Below, piece after piece: positions 60,441 through 64,000 of a stretch of DNA of 64,000 bases. Source of the stretch: the human T2T-CHM13v2.0 reference genome, Homo sapiens. Location of the stretch: the NCBI RefSeq assembly GCF_009914755.1, contig NC_060928.1. One strand, 5' to 3'. The first letter of the stretch is position 1. Each line of letters starts with the position of its first letter. The position numbers were made by a program, and so were the translations under genes. The notes beneath the pieces were generated by a model, which saw only the letters and a program-made list of their open reading frames with translations, made no database searches and was not told the origin of the DNA.

Positions 60441-62213
60441 GAAAAAGTCATATGTACGGAAAATGTAGGATAAATGGTGTAGTTGAAAAATTAACTGACG
60501 TATTCAATACAGATATATTAATTTAGTTAAATAAACTAAAATCTCTAGGGATTAAGCTACCTTTATGATAATTTAGAATCCTAAAATTCTGTGAGATAAA
60601 AATATATAACATTTTGGAAGGATGGCCTCATGTTATTTTACATAGCATCATATATAACCTTTCAAACTCATATCAGTCTTTAGTAATTACCTTACCAGTA
60701 GTTCTTATTTATATTTGTCTTGTATTTTTTCTATCATAACATAGTTGTTTTCCTCTAACATCTCACTATCCACAAAATGCAGTCAATTTATTTGATTATG
60801 TGTAAGAAATAAGTAAATGCTATTTTACTATAAATATGATTTCTTTAAATAAGTTATCATGAATTTCCTTATTGAAAACAGTCTAATCCTCTGTTTGGCT
60901 GTGCATAGTTAGTAACTCAGATTTTCCTGTATTTCTATTATTATAGTACATAGATAGTATTGATCAAGATACACATTTATTAAAGAGTGTTATAATATTA
61001 AGAGCTTTAAAAGGTTATGCACATTTTCTGAGAAAAATTAATATTTGTGTATTTTCAATGGAATGAATAACCCATAGGCATGGATTGGAAAATAAAAATA
61101 TGCTTATCTGTTAATAAAATTATAATAACTTCATCAGGTCAAACACATATAGTTCGAACTGATCTTTAAAGTAATTACTCCCTTTTAATAGGTATTTCAG
61201 TCATAAGTTTAAAATTGAGGTTAAAAGATGTTCAGGTTCACTGCCAAGCATTGTGGGTATAGAGATGAGCAAGTTGTACACAGTCCCGGCACTCATATAT
61301 ATGCTCTAATGCTGGAAACAGTCCATTAATAAATAGCTAGAGTCCAGTGTGATAAGGTTATGCTCAGAAAAATGGGGTATACTATGGATAATTACTTATA
61401 AGAGCAAATTATGGCAAAAACATATTGTCCGAAAGGGAAATTGTTAAATAAATAAATTATAATGAATAATTGTGTTTTACTATAACTGAATATTCTGAAT
61501 CTATTAAATATATTCTCTAATGCATGTTCTATGAAGAAAATATGCACAATAATGTTGTTACAAAGAAAAGGAGGAAAAATACATTAATTCTGTGTTATCT
61601 CCATCACATATACACATATATAAAGAGAGAGAGAGAAAATGTGGGGGAGGGAAAGTGTGGCTGCTACTGTGAACTGATTTTCAGGGCTGAATGAAGAAGC
61701 ACGGATTATGCTCTGCAAGACAAGCAGAAGGAGGCAGCATATGCAGGAAGGTGAGCACAGCCGAGAGAGGCGTATTCCAGACTGAAACAAAGTCTGAGAG
61801 TGTAGTAGGCATCCAACAGCCATAATCGCCACCCTTGAGTTCTGTAAAACCTCTTTGAATCTTAAAATGCCCCCCTTTTACTTAGCTCAATTTATTTTCT
61901 ATAATTTGTAGCCAAAAGAGCTTTAAGTAAGAGAGGTAAAAATGTTCAATAAATACAAGATTAGAAATTAGTATTCTATAAGAACTTATCTATTCCTCAT
62001 ACTATACCTTTTGGTGCCTGAGAATTGTGTGCAGATGAGCTTGCTTAACGATCTCAAATAAGCTTCCCATTATAATATTTATGCTTTCCCAGGTAAGGCC
62101 TCCCTTTCTATATTCAACTTTAAAGCCAAATTACTGGGTTTTTTTAGTATCTAAGATGGCTGAAGTAATAGGTGTTAGGGGAAACTGCCTTGCATTGCAG
62201 AACCATTCATTGA

Positions 62214-62422
62214 GCACTGCTGTCCAACAAAATTGTATGTGATAATGGAAATATTCATTCTGTGCTGTCCAGTATGATAGCCATTAGACATCAGTGACTA
62301 TTGGGCACTGGAAATGTAGTTAGTACAACTGGGAAACTGACTTTAAATGTTAATTAATTTTAATGAATATAAAATAAATAGCCACATGTGGCTGGTGGCT
62401 ACTATATCAGAGAGCAAAGCCT
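62214..62422. mobile_element. MER3-like hAT-Charlie MITE
   Basis: CTGCTGTCCAA...TGTGCTGTCCAGTATGATAGCC...GCACTGGAAATGTAG...TAGCCACATGTGGCTGGTGGCTAC; ~210 bp. Confidence 0.75.
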
Positions 62423-64000
62423 TAGAGTGTACCTATGAAAAATAGAGATATTATCAATGTTATCTTGGTGTAAAAAAATCACAACTATCTCTTATTTTCT
62501 TATGGACACTGGATATCTTCCTGATTTATAAGATATTAGTTGACATCACTAACTGAATCTTTAAAATAATGTTTTTTTCTTATTTTATTGAATACTCAAA
62601 AAAATGGAAAACTTAAAAAAATTCAAATTATGCCTTCAGTCTCAAATCTTATGAGTTTTGCTAAACAAAACAAAATGAAAGAAAAAGCAAGCAAACAGGA
62701 AAGAAAATGTAAAAATATATCAAGGAGCAGGCAATAGATAGTGAGTTCGTATTATTTCCTTAGAGAAATATTATTTGTTTAGAAATCAAATAAATTTTGA
62801 AGACATGTCTGAAAAGTGCATTGTAGACAATACACTATCATCGTCAAAACACATAAACATGTAGACACTTTGAGCCAATGTATCTACAGAAAAAAAAACA
62901 TGTAGGCAATCTTTTTGGTCTCTAGAAGTCGGTTTAAAAGGTACATAAGTATAATAAAGAATTAATAATTTTAGCATATGATAGGAAGAAATCAGTAAGT
63001 GCTTAAAAATGAGTAAGTGCTGTAATAATTCCAAAGGGGGAAAAATCACTCTGGCACAGATGGCCTCAGAATACATAACTGAAATTTAGGTAGGGCCCAG
63101 ATAATTTGCAAGGTGAAAAAATAGTTTTTAGGAGGGAAAACATAGCTGAGGATGGGTAGTGAGAAGGTATATAGGTCTATACAAGGGCAAATGGTGGGAA
63201 GATTTGAGAAGGAAGATTGGAGACACATAATGGATTTATTGAGGATGTCCAAAGAGTTTGGATTTCATTATTAATAAAATAGGATAAATCTGACTGAGTT
63301 ATAGAGAAAATCCTTAAGAAACTCATAATATAGACACCAATCACGTCTGCATCTGTTAAATGAGCAACCACAGATGTATTGGCTAATTCAATCTATCATT
63401 TTCTGGAATGCACTTTGTCTATGCAATGAAGTTCATCCTTTCAAAAATGAAATATTTATTGAGTATAAAAATTAATAGTAAGGTACCTTTTTATAACTAA
63501 AAGATTATTTCCAAACAATATTCATATTTGGAAGGAAGGCTTAAATTCAGGCACTTCAGAAGTTGCTCAAAGTGGCTTTTTTTTTTTTTGGCAGAAATAG
63601 TGCGGTGACTGAGCTGTTCTTGAAAATATTAATAACTCCCGCGCTTAATGTGAGAGGAAAAGCAAACCAAAACCTTACTTGGCTTAGAAAGCAAATTCGC
63701 TAAAGCATGCAAGTTAGCATTGCTGCAAATCCACTCGCATCGGTCTACCTTTATCTACTGTGCTGCTTACATATATTTAACGAAATGGTAATTTATACAA
63801 AAGTATGCAGCACTTTAACAAGAAGAAAGAAAACAAAATTGTAAGTAAACTGTGGGAGGCAAAGAGATGAGGTCCTTGTTTAATGTTCATTCTTTAAGTC
63901 TGTGACTAAAAGCAAAAACGAAAACATTTTTCCATATTCTTCTTAGATTTGTCCAATGTCTTTGTGTGACAATGGAAATATTTTATATCTGCACTTTTCG

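Noticed and set aside
62786-63076. 96-aa minus ORF with a good acceptor near 62884
   Set aside because: No recognisable homology, no linked upstream exon, and composition typical of random AT-rich sequence.

Overview
Primate (human-like) AT-rich intergenic or intronic DNA dominated by retrotransposons. I recognise no intact host protein-coding gene. Every ORF over 150 aa is decayed L1 or HERV-K coding sequence, or a chance frame in GC-rich SVA or LTR12 repeats. Main contents: (1) the 5' portion of an L1PA element (1-5405, minus). (2) A 5'-truncated SVA_A whose target-site duplication (TSD) also encloses a ~545-bp 3'-transduced segment with its own Alu, poly(A) signal and second A-tail (7212-9256). 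(3) A full-length L1PA (14287-26771, minus) whose 5'UTR is split by a two-LTR HERV-K(HML-3)/HERVK9-MER9 provirus carrying large gag and env deletions (20162-26504). (4) An AluY with a 5' inversion (35398-35674). (5) A tail-less internal L1 fragment next to a near-identical 146-bp local duplication (42036-42789). (6) A solo LTR12C that seems to have lost its poly(A) signal (56461-58053). Alus, older L1, MIR, L2, MLT and MER fragments, several small template-switch scars and weak candidate exons are also present. I see no wholly new biological system. The best leads are unusual retrotransposition and repair products. Subfamily names come from recalled consensus motifs, not a database search.
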